DNA of 43,260 nucleotides from positions 1 through 43,260 of the forward strand of contig CADCOJ010000077.1 of the NCBI GenBank assembly GCA_902803075.1, read 5' to 3'. The stretch comes from Oscillospiraceae bacterium (GTDB lineage Bacteria > Bacillota > Clostridia > Oscillospirales > Oscillospiraceae). Both the position numbers and the translations under genes were made by a program. The notes beneath the pieces are model-generated. The model did no database searches, had not been told where the DNA came from, and saw nothing but the letters and a program-made list of their open reading frames with translations. This document shows positions 35,415 through 43,260 of the stretch, in pieces; positions within the stretch are counted from its first letter, which is position 1, and every line of letters starts with the position of its first letter.

Positions 35415-36310
35415 CGCTTCAGGAGCTGCGCTATTTCTGCGTCACTGCAGAGGTTCTCCATTATACCCGTGCGGCAGAGCTGCTCTATGTATCACAACCG
35501 AGCCTCAGCTATTCGATCGGAAAGATGGAAAAGGAGCTTGGCGTCCCTCTGTTTGAAAAGCACGGAAAACAGATCGCTCTGACTGCGTACGGGGCGGAAT
35601 TCCTCCCGTATGCAAAGCGTGCGCTCAGCGAAGTGTCCAAGGGTGTGGAGCATCTGCGGGAGATGAAGCTGCCGGCAGTGGGGATCGTCAACCTCGGCTA
35701 CATTTACAGCGTCAGCTTTTCCGTGCTTCCGGAGTTCGTGGATAAATTCTATGCCGAGCAGGGAAGTCAGCAGACGGCATTCCGCTTCCGGCAGGGGATG
35801 GCCGGCGAGCTGATCGAACGGCTGCTTAATGGGACGCTTGATCTTTTGATCGCAGGCAAGCCGGATTATGACTCCATCGAGTACCTGCCGCTTTATCGCC
35901 AGGAGCTGTTTCTGGCCGTTCCGGCAACGCACCGTCTTGCGTCCAAGCGGTCGGTCTCTCTGTCTGATCTTGCGCAGGAGAGTTTTGTCTCGATCAATCA
36001 CGATGCGATCATCTATCACCAACTGGAGAGCCAGTTCAAAAAAGCCGACATCGCGCCGAATATTGTCTTTGAAGCGGATGAATACAGCTCCATTGCTGCG
36101 TCTATCACAACAGGTGCCGGCATCGCCATCATGCCGAAGCTGCCGATCCTAGACAGCTTCAACATCAAACTCATTCCGTTTTCCGATTCCTCTATGTCGC
36201 GTGACGTCTGCGTGCTGCGCAGCAAATCACGGGAAATGCCGCCCGCTGTCCAGCGTGTCTGGACATTTGCGCAGCGATCTGCAGCCGAGTTCCGTATGCT
36301 TGGAGAATAA
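35411..36310 (+). CDS. LysR family transcriptional regulator
   Basis: L-YF...HYTRAA--L-VSQPSLS--I---EKELGV-LF, substrate-binding domain; ATGA overlap with citXG. Confidence 0.95.
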   Translation: MTLQELRYFCVTAEVLHYTRAAELLYVSQPSLSYSIGKMEKELGVPLFEKHGKQIALTAYGAEFLPYAKRALSEVSKGVEHLREMKLPAVGIVNLGYIYSVSFSVLPEFVDKFYAEQGSQQTAFRFRQGMAGELIERLLNGTLDLLIAGKPDYDSIEYLPLYRQELFLAVPATHRLASKRSVSLSDLAQESFVSINHDAIIYHQLESQFKKADIAPNIVFEADEYSSIAASITTGAGIAIMPKLPILDSFNIKLIPFSDSSMSRDVCVLRSKSREMPPAVQRVWTFAQRSAAEFRMLGE

Positions 36311-36324
36311 CGGCTGCTGAAAAA

Positions 36325-36372
36325 CAATCACCCGCTGAGGCGCCGGTCCAGGGCTGCCGCAGCGGGTAATTG
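36325..36372. terminator. Imperfect stem-loop between convergent operons
   Basis: caatcacccgctgaggc / gccgcagcgggtaattg. Confidence 0.6.
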
Positions 36373-36396
36373 CTTGAAAAGGGAAATGAGAATGAC

Positions 36397-37917
36397 TTAC
36401 GTTTCTGATTCGTCGACCTGATGGATCACGTCGATGACAGTATTGTCGCGGTAAAGCACGACGCCGACGATCCTGTCAAGGTATTTGATCGGGTCCGGCT
36501 CACCAACGATTTTTTCCGCGCGAAGCCGGAGCGTTTCGATGTCCGTCAGCATAATGCCGGCGGCAGTCAGCTTTTCAATCAGATCCCGCCGTCTGGGATT
36601 TACAGCAACGCCCTGCTCAGTGACGACAACGTCCACCACAGTGCCGGGCGTGACGACAGTGTTGACCTTCTTGACGATGGTCGGGATGCGCCCTCTGGTC
36701 AGAGGGCCGACAACCACGGACATGCTTGCGCCGGCCGCGGTGTCGGGATGGCCGCCAATGGCACCGCGAATCACACCATCAGAGCCGGTCAGGACATTGA
36801 CGTTAAAATCGGTGTCGATCTCAAGCGCAGAGAGAACAACAAAATCAAGCGCATTGACGGCTGCACCGCCGTCGTCATATCCGGCGTAGAAGCATCCGTC
36901 GATCTGTGTGTGGAAGCGGTTGTTTTTGAGGGAGTTTGCCGCGACCAGATCAAACGACTGCACATCAAGGATCTTGTCGATCAGTCCGGCTTCGTGCATT
37001 TCAACGATCTGTCCAGTGATACCGCCCAACGCGAAATGCGCATGGATATGATCGGCCTCCATTTTTTCACGCAGAAAACGAGCCGTTGCAAGAGAGGCGC
37101 CGCCGGAACCCATCTGCATGGAAAAGCCGTCATAGAAGCAACCGGAGTTTTCAATGACCTTTGCCGCCGTTTTGGCAATCAGCAGTTCCTTCGGGTTCTT
37201 TGTGTAGCGCGTTGCGCCGCTCATGATGCCGGCAGGATCACCGATGTTTTCGACCGGGACGATATAATCGACCTGAACGGCGGGGATGCCAAAAGGCGTG
37301 TTCGGGTAAGGAACGACATGGTCCGTGATGATGACGACTTTGTCGGCATACTGCGCATCGACCTTTGCGTAGCCGAGGGAGCCGCACATGGTGGCGTTCT
37401 CTTCATCCCGGTTATAGCCGTTGGCATTGCCCATCGGGTCGCAGGACGGAGCGCCAAGGAACGCAACGTCGATATGCAGCTCGCCTCTTGCAATGGCAGC
37501 TGCTCGTCCGCCGTGGGAGCGGAATACGACAGGGAATTCCATCAGTCCGCGGGAGACCTGCTCGGCAAGCTCACCGCGCATGCCGCTGGTTTCAATGTGG
37601 GTGACAACGCCGCTTTTGATGTGTTCGATCATCGGCGCATGACAGCTGGCCAGCGAGCTGGCAGCAACAGTCAGATTGCGGATCCCCATCTTTGCAATCT
37701 CATCGAGGACCATATTCACGATGTAGTCGCCGTTGCGGAAATGGTGGTGGAAGGAGATGGTCATACCGTCCTTGAGACCGGTCTTTACGATCGCTTCGTG
37801 GATGGAGGAGAGAATCTTGCCGGAATTACCAATGTGACCCTTGAATGTGACCTTCTCCGGTGCAAACGGCCCGTTCTGGGCGATCTCATTGATATGTCTG
37901 ATTCCTGAAATATCCAT
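36397..37917 (-). CDS. citF: Citrate lyase alpha chain (citrate CoA-transferase)
   Basis: GLKDGMTISFHHHFRNGD, RSHGGRA, GSLGY, GSGGASLA, ALGGIT, GGHPDTA. Confidence 0.96.
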   Translation of the reverse strand: MDISGIRHINEIAQNGPFAPEKVTFKGHIGNSGKILSSIHEAIVKTGLKDGMTISFHHHFRNGDYIVNMVLDEIAKMGIRNLTVAASSLASCHAPMIEHIKSGVVTHIETSGMRGELAEQVSRGLMEFPVVFRSHGGRAAAIARGELHIDVAFLGAPSCDPMGNANGYNRDEENATMCGSLGYAKVDAQYADKVVIITDHVVPYPNTPFGIPAVQVDYIVPVENIGDPAGIMSGATRYTKNPKELLIAKTAAKVIENSGCFYDGFSMQMGSGGASLATARFLREKMEADHIHAHFALGGITGQIVEMHEAGLIDKILDVQSFDLVAANSLKNNRFHTQIDGCFYAGYDDGGAAVNALDFVVLSALEIDTDFNVNVLTGSDGVIRGAIGGHPDTAAGASMSVVVGPLTRGRIPTIVKKVNTVVTPGTVVDVVVTEQGVAVNPRRRDLIEKLTAAGIMLTDIETLRLRAEKIVGEPDPIKYLDRIVGVVLYRDNTVIDVIHQVDESET

Positions 37918-37921
37918 CTTT

Positions 37922-38800
37922 TCAGCCCTCCTTGCCATAGTCGGCCATACCGGCAAGCTCCAGAAGATACTGTGCGCGCAGCACGACGGGCCGGTCGATC
38001 ATCTTTCCCTTGAGGGAAGCAACGCCGCTGCCTCTGGCATTTGCCTCTTTGATCGCATCCATGATCGCGCGGGCCTTGGCCAAATCCTTCTCACTCGGCA
38101 TAAACACCTTGTGAAGCGGCTCGATCTGCCTTGGGTTGATGACGCTCTTGCCGCTGAAGCCCATCTTCTTGATCAGCGTAGCCTCGGCAATGAAGCCTTC
38201 CTCATTGTTTACGTCGGAGTAAACAGTATCCAGTGCGTCGATCCCTGCCGAACGGGCGGCGTTCAGGATCATGCCTCTTGCAAAGAACAGCTCCGTTCCG
38301 TCGCTTCTGGTGGTTTTCAGGTCTGTGACGTAGTCCTCTGCGCCAAGCGCTATGCCAATCAGCCGCTTGGAGGATTTTGCAATGGAATGTGCGTTGAGCA
38401 CGCCCTCAGCACTCTCAATGGCCGCCATCATGCGCGTTTTGCCGACGGGGATGCCGGCCTCGCGTTCAATGCGCTCGATCTCTTTTTCGCAGTCGATCAC
38501 ATCCTGCGCGTTCTCGGTTTTCGGCAGGCGGATGACATCCGGCTGCGCGCGGACGATCGCCTCAAGGTCCTGAATGCCGAGTCCGGAGGAAAGGTCGTTG
38601 ATGCGAACGACGAGTTCAATGCCGCCGTAGTCGATCGTTGTCAGCGCGTTGTAGACAAGAAAGCGGGCCGTGTCCTTTTCCGTAATGGCAACAGAGTCCT
38701 CCAGATCGAACATGATGCAGTCGGCACCGTAGATGCCTGCATCCTTGATCATGCCGGGGTTATTGCCCGGGACAAACATCATACTGCGGCGAAGCTTCAT
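37922..38800 (-). CDS. citE: Citrate lyase beta chain (citryl-CoA lyase)
   Basis: LRRSMMFVPGNNP, FDLEDSV, VVRIN, RLPK, AIESA-G, GAEDY, GK--INPRQI, GKMID-P. Confidence 0.96.
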   Translation of the reverse strand: MKLRRSMMFVPGNNPGMIKDAGIYGADCIMFDLEDSVAITEKDTARFLVYNALTTIDYGGIELVVRINDLSSGLGIQDLEAIVRAQPDVIRLPKTENAQDVIDCEKEIERIEREAGIPVGKTRMMAAIESAEGVLNAHSIAKSSKRLIGIALGAEDYVTDLKTTRSDGTELFFARGMILNAARSAGIDALDTVYSDVNNEEGFIAEATLIKKMGFSGKSVINPRQIEPLHKVFMPSEKDLAKARAIMDAIKEANARGSGVASLKGKMIDRPVVLRAQYLLELAGMADYGKEG

Positions 38801-39093
38801 TCCTTTGTCCTCCACTCATAATCCGTTCGCTCTGCGGCCCTGTATGCGGCAGCTGCTGTGCGGGCGCGGACCGTGCAGTCCAGCGCTCCCTTGTCAACTG
38901 CTTCCACCCGAGCATTCTCCACGCCCAATCCATCGAGCGTTTCGCGGATGACTTTTTCGATCTTCTTGCCGAACTGCTGCATTACGCTGGAGGTCAGGTG
39001 GATCTCCAGGCCCTTCTCCTCCCGGGGCTCGATCCGGACGATGATGTCGCTGGATTCTACAGTTCCCGCCGAAGCGGCTGTGACGATCTTCAT
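38797..39093 (-). CDS. citD: Citrate lyase acyl carrier protein
   Basis: AGTVESSD (prosthetic-group Ser), SSV--QFG, DKGALDC. Confidence 0.96.
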   Translation of the reverse strand: MKIVTAASAGTVESSDIIVRIEPREEKGLEIHLTSSVMQQFGKKIEKVIRETLDGLGVENARVEAVDKGALDCTVRARTAAAAYRAAERTDYEWRTKE

Positions 39094-39094
39094 G

Positions 39095-40309
39095 TTACGC
39101 CTCCAGTTTCTTTTCCAACCGTGCACGGATCGCACGGATGAAGTCGATGGTGTTCACAGCGGTCGGGGCCATACCCTCCACAAGACCGACAAGATCCTTG
39201 GTCATGATGCCGTCATTCAGCGTCTCGATGCATGCTTCTTCAAGCTTGGTGCCGAAGCCGACAAGCTCCTTCAATCCGTCCAGCTCGCCGCGCTTTTTCA
39301 GTGCACCGCTCCATGCGTAGATCGTTGCCATCGGGTTCGTGGAAGTCTCTTCGCCCTGGAGGTACTTGTAGTAGTGACGGGTGACTGTTCCGTGCGCAGC
39401 TTCATATTCAAATTTTCCATCCGGGCTGCAGAGGACGGAGGTCATCATGGCCAGAGAACCGAACGCCGTGGAGACCATATCGCTCATCACATCGCCGTCA
39501 TAGTTTTTCAGTGCCCAGATAAAGCCGCCCTTGCTGCGGATCACGCGGGCGATGGCGTCGTCGATCAGCGTATAGAAGTAGGTGAGGCCGAGGCGCTCAA
39601 AATCAGCGCGGTAGTCGCTCTCATAAATGCTCTGGAAGATGTCGCGGAAACGCATGTCATATTTCTTGGAAATGGTGTCCTTTGCGGAAAACCACAGATC
39701 CTGTTTGGTTTCGACCGCATATTTGAAGCAGGAGTGCGCGAAAGAGGTAATGGAGGAATCCTTGTTGTAAATGCTCTGCAGAACGCCCGGGCATTCAAAG
39801 TCATAGACCGTCTCACGGAAGGACGCGCCGTTCTCACCGGTGAAGACGAGCTCAGCCTTGCCTTTTTCAGGGACACGGTATTCCGTGCCCTTATACAGGT
39901 CGCCGTACGCATGACGGGCAATGGTGATCGGCTTCTGCCAGTTTTTAACAACAGGCTTGATGCTGTCAATGATGATCGGTGCGCGGAAAACCGTTCCGTC
40001 CAGAATAGAACGGATGGTTCCATTGGGGCTTTTCCACATCTGGTGCAGATGGTATTCATCCATGCGCTGGGCATTGGGCGTAATGGTGGCGCACTTGACA
40101 CCGACACCGTATTTCTTGATGGCGTTGCCGGCATCTTTTGTGATCTGGTCGCCGGTTTCATCGCGCTTCGGAAGACCCAGATCATAGTACTCAGTCTTCA
40201 GGTCGACGAACGGGAGGATCAGCTCATCCTTGATCATTTTCCAAATGATCCTGGTCATTTCGTCGCCGTCCATCTCGACAAGCGGCACCGTCATTTTGAT
40301 CTTATCCAT
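39095..40309 (-). CDS. icd: NADP-dependent isocitrate dehydrogenase (type II)
   Basis: [55 protein letters not shown]. Confidence 0.96.
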   Translation of the reverse strand: MDKIKMTVPLVEMDGDEMTRIIWKMIKDELILPFVDLKTEYYDLGLPKRDETGDQITKDAGNAIKKYGVGVKCATITPNAQRMDEYHLHQMWKSPNGTIRSILDGTVFRAPIIIDSIKPVVKNWQKPITIARHAYGDLYKGTEYRVPEKGKAELVFTGENGASFRETVYDFECPGVLQSIYNKDSSITSFAHSCFKYAVETKQDLWFSAKDTISKKYDMRFRDIFQSIYESDYRADFERLGLTYFYTLIDDAIARVIRSKGGFIWALKNYDGDVMSDMVSTAFGSLAMMTSVLCSPDGKFEYEAAHGTVTRHYYKYLQGEETSTNPMATIYAWSGALKKRGELDGLKELVGFGTKLEEACIETLNDGIMTKDLVGLVEGMAPTAVNTIDFIRAIRARLEKKLEA

Positions 40310-40347
40310 GTTTGTTCCTCCTAATGATTTTGATTCGATGGGTGGCC

Positions 40348-40377
40348 TTTGCCGGCAGGGCAGAGCCTGCCGGCAAA
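40348..40377. other. Intercistronic stem-loop between aconitase and icd
   Basis: 12-bp stem tttgccggcagg / cctgccggcaaa; no U tail on the minus strand. Confidence 0.6.
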
Positions 40378-40385
40378 ACGTGCAT

Positions 40386-42629
40386 TTATCGGTTCTGAGC
40401 AGCGTAGTAATTCATCAGGCAGCCTTCCAGGATGATGGTTTTTTCATCCTCGGTCAGGCCCTTGACATAGAGCGTCAAATCTTCGACCGTGCCGTCCCTG
40501 CGAATAGCCTTGGCAGGGATCTCCTCCTTGCCTTGACTGATCGCCTCGCGGATGCCGGGAACAAACACGAATTCGCCGTCCTCATATGGGAACTCAGCGC
40601 CTTCGGCAAGCGTAAAGGGAACGATGCCCCAGTTGATGCAGTTGCTGCGATAACGCTTGGTCGCGTACTCATAGCAGATGTTTGCAAAGCCACCCAGCAC
40701 CTTCTGGCAGGAGGCAGCCTGCTCACGGGCTGAGCCGTCGCCGGGTTTGTTGGCAAACACGCAGGAGCCGAACTGTGTATTCCTGAGCAGCGCTTCCGCG
40801 TCACCCACGCAGGAGAGCGCACGCACCAGCTTCTCAGGCTTTTCGCCCGCACGGCGTGCGGCCTCATCCTTCGCAACAGCCTTGGAACGGCCCACATACT
40901 CCGGCACACGGCGAGAAAGCGCGAACTCTGAAAGGCGGAGCGGATTGCTGCGGTAGGAGGAAGTTTCGCCGGAGGGGATCAGCTCATCCGTCGTGGTAAC
41001 GGGATCGCGGATGACCGCAGCAAGCTCAAGGAGCATGTTGTCGGTCAGCGGATACATCTTGGGCCAGTCCGTGATGTTCGGCCCGAGAATGAGCTCGGCG
41101 TCCGGCTGCGCCTTGCCGAAGCCATAGTAGCAGCGCTTCTGATAGACCGTGTTGTCAAACGAATAGGGCAGGTGCTCGGTCTCGTAGTCCACATCGGTCG
41201 CAGCTGTGATAAAGCCGCCATTCCTTGCGGTAGCTGCGATGGAGCGCGCATCCATCAGCGCGACAGCGCTGATCTGGCCCTCGCCGGGCTTGGAGCCTTC
41301 CCGGTTGGGGAAGTTGCGCGTTGTATGACGCAGGGACAGACCGTTGTTCGCCGGTACGTCGCCTGCGCCGAAGCACGGGCCGCAGAAGGACGGCTTGATC
41401 ACGACGCCGGCTTCCAGCAGTGCTTCCGTCTTGCCGCTGCGGGTCAGTGCAAGACTTGTGGGAACGCTGGTGGGGTAGACGGACATGGAGAAATAGCCGT
41501 TTCCGGTGCTGCCGCCGCGCAGGATGTCCGCCGCCTCGACGATGTTATCGAACAGGCCGCCGGAACAGCCGGCAATGATGCCCTGGTCAGCAAGCACGCC
41601 CTTTTCATGAACCTTGGAACGAAGGTCCAGATGCGCCTTCGGAAACTTCTTCTTCGCCTCAGCTTCCACTCCGGCCAGGATCTCGTCCGCGTTCGCAAGG
41701 AACTCATGGATCGTATAGGCGTTGGAGGGATGGAAGGGAAGCGCGATCATGGACTCGACCTTGTCGAGCTCAATGGTGATGATGGAGTCGTAGTATGCGC
41801 CTTCGGCCGGTTCGAGCTTCCGGTAGCACTGCGGACGGCCGTGGATCTGATAATACCGTTCGATCTCTGCGTCGGTCGCCCAGATGGAGGAAAGGCAGGT
41901 CGTCTCCGTTGTCATGACGTCGATGCCGCTGCGGAAGTCATAAGGAAGATTCGCAAGGCCGGGGCCGACAAATTCCAGCACCTTATTTTTGACAAGGCCT
42001 TCTGCAAAGGTTGCCTTTACAAGTGCCAGAGCAACGTCGTGCGGGCCGACGCCCTTTCTGGGCGCGCCAGTCACATAGCACAGTACGACCTCGGGCGGTT
42101 TGACGTCGTATGTATTTTTGAGCAGCTGCTTGACAAGCTCCGGGCCGCCTTCACCAACGCCCATGGTGCCGAGCGCGCCGTAACGCGTGTGGCTGTCGGA
42201 GCCGAGGATCATGCCGCCGCATGCTGCGAGCTCTTCTCTGGCATAGGAGTGGATAACGCTCTGGTTTGCCGGGACATAGATCCCGCCGTATTTCTTTGCC
42301 GCGGAAAGACCGAACACATGGTCGTCCTCGTTGATGGTGCCGCCGACGGCACAAAGGCTGTTGTGGCAGTTGGTCATAGCGTAGGGGATGGGGAATTCCT
42401 TGAGTCCGCTCGCTCTGGCAGTCTGAATGATACCGACATAAGTGATGTCATGCGAGACGAGCGCGTCAAAACGGATGTGCATGATGCCGTCGTTCGTCTG
42501 ATCGCGGTGTGCGTTCATGATCTGATAAGCGATCGTTCCATTTCTGCCGGCAACGCGGTCTGCGTTTTCCGGGGCTTTCTGCGGAGCACCGTGGAGCCAC
42601 TGCATGCCCTGCTGCAAGTATTTGATCAT
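40386..42629 (-). CDS. Aconitase-family hydratase, YbhJ type
   Basis: [37 protein letters not shown], [4Fe-4S] ligands IAGCSGG and [30 protein letters not shown]. Confidence 0.92.
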   Translation of the reverse strand: MIKYLQQGMQWLHGAPQKAPENADRVAGRNGTIAYQIMNAHRDQTNDGIMHIRFDALVSHDITYVGIIQTARASGLKEFPIPYAMTNCHNSLCAVGGTINEDDHVFGLSAAKKYGGIYVPANQSVIHSYAREELAACGGMILGSDSHTRYGALGTMGVGEGGPELVKQLLKNTYDVKPPEVVLCYVTGAPRKGVGPHDVALALVKATFAEGLVKNKVLEFVGPGLANLPYDFRSGIDVMTTETTCLSSIWATDAEIERYYQIHGRPQCYRKLEPAEGAYYDSIITIELDKVESMIALPFHPSNAYTIHEFLANADEILAGVEAEAKKKFPKAHLDLRSKVHEKGVLADQGIIAGCSGGLFDNIVEAADILRGGSTGNGYFSMSVYPTSVPTSLALTRSGKTEALLEAGVVIKPSFCGPCFGAGDVPANNGLSLRHTTRNFPNREGSKPGEGQISAVALMDARSIAATARNGGFITAATDVDYETEHLPYSFDNTVYQKRCYYGFGKAQPDAELILGPNITDWPKMYPLTDNMLLELAAVIRDPVTTTDELIPSGETSSYRSNPLRLSEFALSRRVPEYVGRSKAVAKDEAARRAGEKPEKLVRALSCVGDAEALLRNTQFGSCVFANKPGDGSAREQAASCQKVLGGFANICYEYATKRYRSNCINWGIVPFTLAEGAEFPYEDGEFVFVPGIREAISQGKEEIPAKAIRRDGTVEDLTLYVKGLTEDEKTIILEGCLMNYYAAQNR

Positions 42630-42694
42630 ACGTTTTGTTCCCTCCCAGAGTAGTGCGCGTGCTCGATCTGCGCGGCAGATCGACCGCTGTGTTT

Positions 42695-42723
42695 ATTATA
42701 GATTTGGACGGTTCTGAATTCAA
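42695..42723 (-). promoter_or_regulatory. sigma-A promoter of the aconitase-icd-citDEF operon
   Basis: TTGAAT-N17-TATAAT on the minus strand. Confidence 0.7.
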
Positions 42724-42741
42724 ATACATTTTTGCAGAACA

Positions 42742-42762
42742 ATCATAGACGTTCTCTATGAT
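42742..42762. promoter_or_regulatory. LysR-type operator (ATAG-N7-CTAT)
   Basis: Palindrome atcataga-cgttc-tctatgat containing T-N11-A, centred about 64 nt upstream of the predicted start site. Confidence 0.7.
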
Positions 42763-42932
42763 CTGCAACGTGCGGCCTTTGGTCATACTTCAGATATGCT
42801 TCCTGTTAACTCGTTTTTATGATCTGGATTCTGCACCGTCTGTCCGATCATACCATATTACGGCCGGATATGCCACAGAAAGATCTTTGCAGACGGATAA
42901 ACAAGTAAAAACACGAGCAGCCCGAGGACAAC

Positions 42933-42972
42933 AAAAGAGCCGAAAGCATTTCATCAGAAAATGCTTTCGGCT
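42933..42972 (-). terminator. Terminator following the tRNA-Arg 3' fragment
   Basis: 14-bp stem agccgaaagcattt / aaatgctttcggct with CTTTT tail on the minus strand. Confidence 0.75.
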
Positions 42973-42974
42973 TC

Positions 42975-43019
42975 TGGCACCCACGGGAGGATTCGAACCT
43001 CTGGCCTGCCGCTTAGGAG
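42975..43019 (-). pseudogene. 3' half of tRNA-Arg(CCU); attachment-site remnant
   Basis: Minus strand ct-CCT-aa-gcggc-aggcc-agagg-ttcgaat-cctcc-cgtgggt-g-cca; sequence 5' of the anticodon loop cannot form the anticodon stem, D arm or acceptor. Confidence 0.85.
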
Positions 43020-43260
43020 TCTTGACCCTGAACATGCCCGTTGTGGTCCCCTAAGTACACTTGTGTGCAGAAATTACAAGGTTTTTTCATGTGTTCGAGT
43101 GCCGCTATGTACGTCTGAAATCCGCTTTTCATTAGAAATCCGGTGTGGATATTAGCAGTTTTTTAGAAATACTTAAAATTGGCGGTGCGGTGATTCTCCC
43201 CCACATTCACGGGCACACTATATCATCGCAGAAGCGAAAAATCAAGAAAAAAGAGGATGA
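43020..43260. mobile_element. Edge of an integrated element (prophage, ICE or island) extending beyond the window
   Basis: Abuts the truncated tRNA at its anticodon loop; non-coding, about 43% GC by hand count, lower than the flanking genes. Confidence 0.6.

Noticed and set aside
36421-42653. Plus-strand ORFs of 495, 326, 488 and 493 aa
   Set aside because: Antisense shadows of citF, citE, icd and the aconitase
42975-43050. Intact tRNA-Arg gene
   Set aside because: No 5' acceptor strand, D arm or 5' anticodon-stem strand; only the 3' half exists

Overview
GC-rich Firmicutes chromosomal segment (Clostridia, probably Oscillospiraceae-like; taxonomy inferred from gene content and signal style), mostly housekeeping and metabolic. 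Left to right: secG; prfB with no frameshift; a glycine-riboswitch-controlled glycine cleavage operon whose first gene is an 882-aa GcvT-serine hydroxymethyltransferase fusion (gcvT/glyA-gcvH-gcvPA-gcvPB-lplA, no L-protein); CDF transporter; dihydropyrimidinase; an HPr-like protein; a nucleotidyltransferase; tRNA-Pro(CGG) followed by a small structured insert that ends in a duplicated tRNA 3' end; MATE; pta; a ModE-like regulator divergent from the selenium-cofactor genes yqeC-yqeB-selD; DEAD-box helicase and DprA; a YtrA/ABC/CPBP operon; a GlpA-like three-gene oxidoreductase with DeoR and a phosphodiesterase; ogt; a LUD protein; a citrate locus in which a YbhJ-type aconitase and NADP-IDH are co-operonic with citrate lyase citDEF, facing citC-citXG-LysR; and a 3'-half tRNA-Arg(CCU) that marks the att boundary of an integrated element continuing off the right edge. 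Two unannotated small ORFs (29 and 45 aa) and one candidate sRNA were found by reading intergenic regions. All family assignments come from motif recognition, not database searches.
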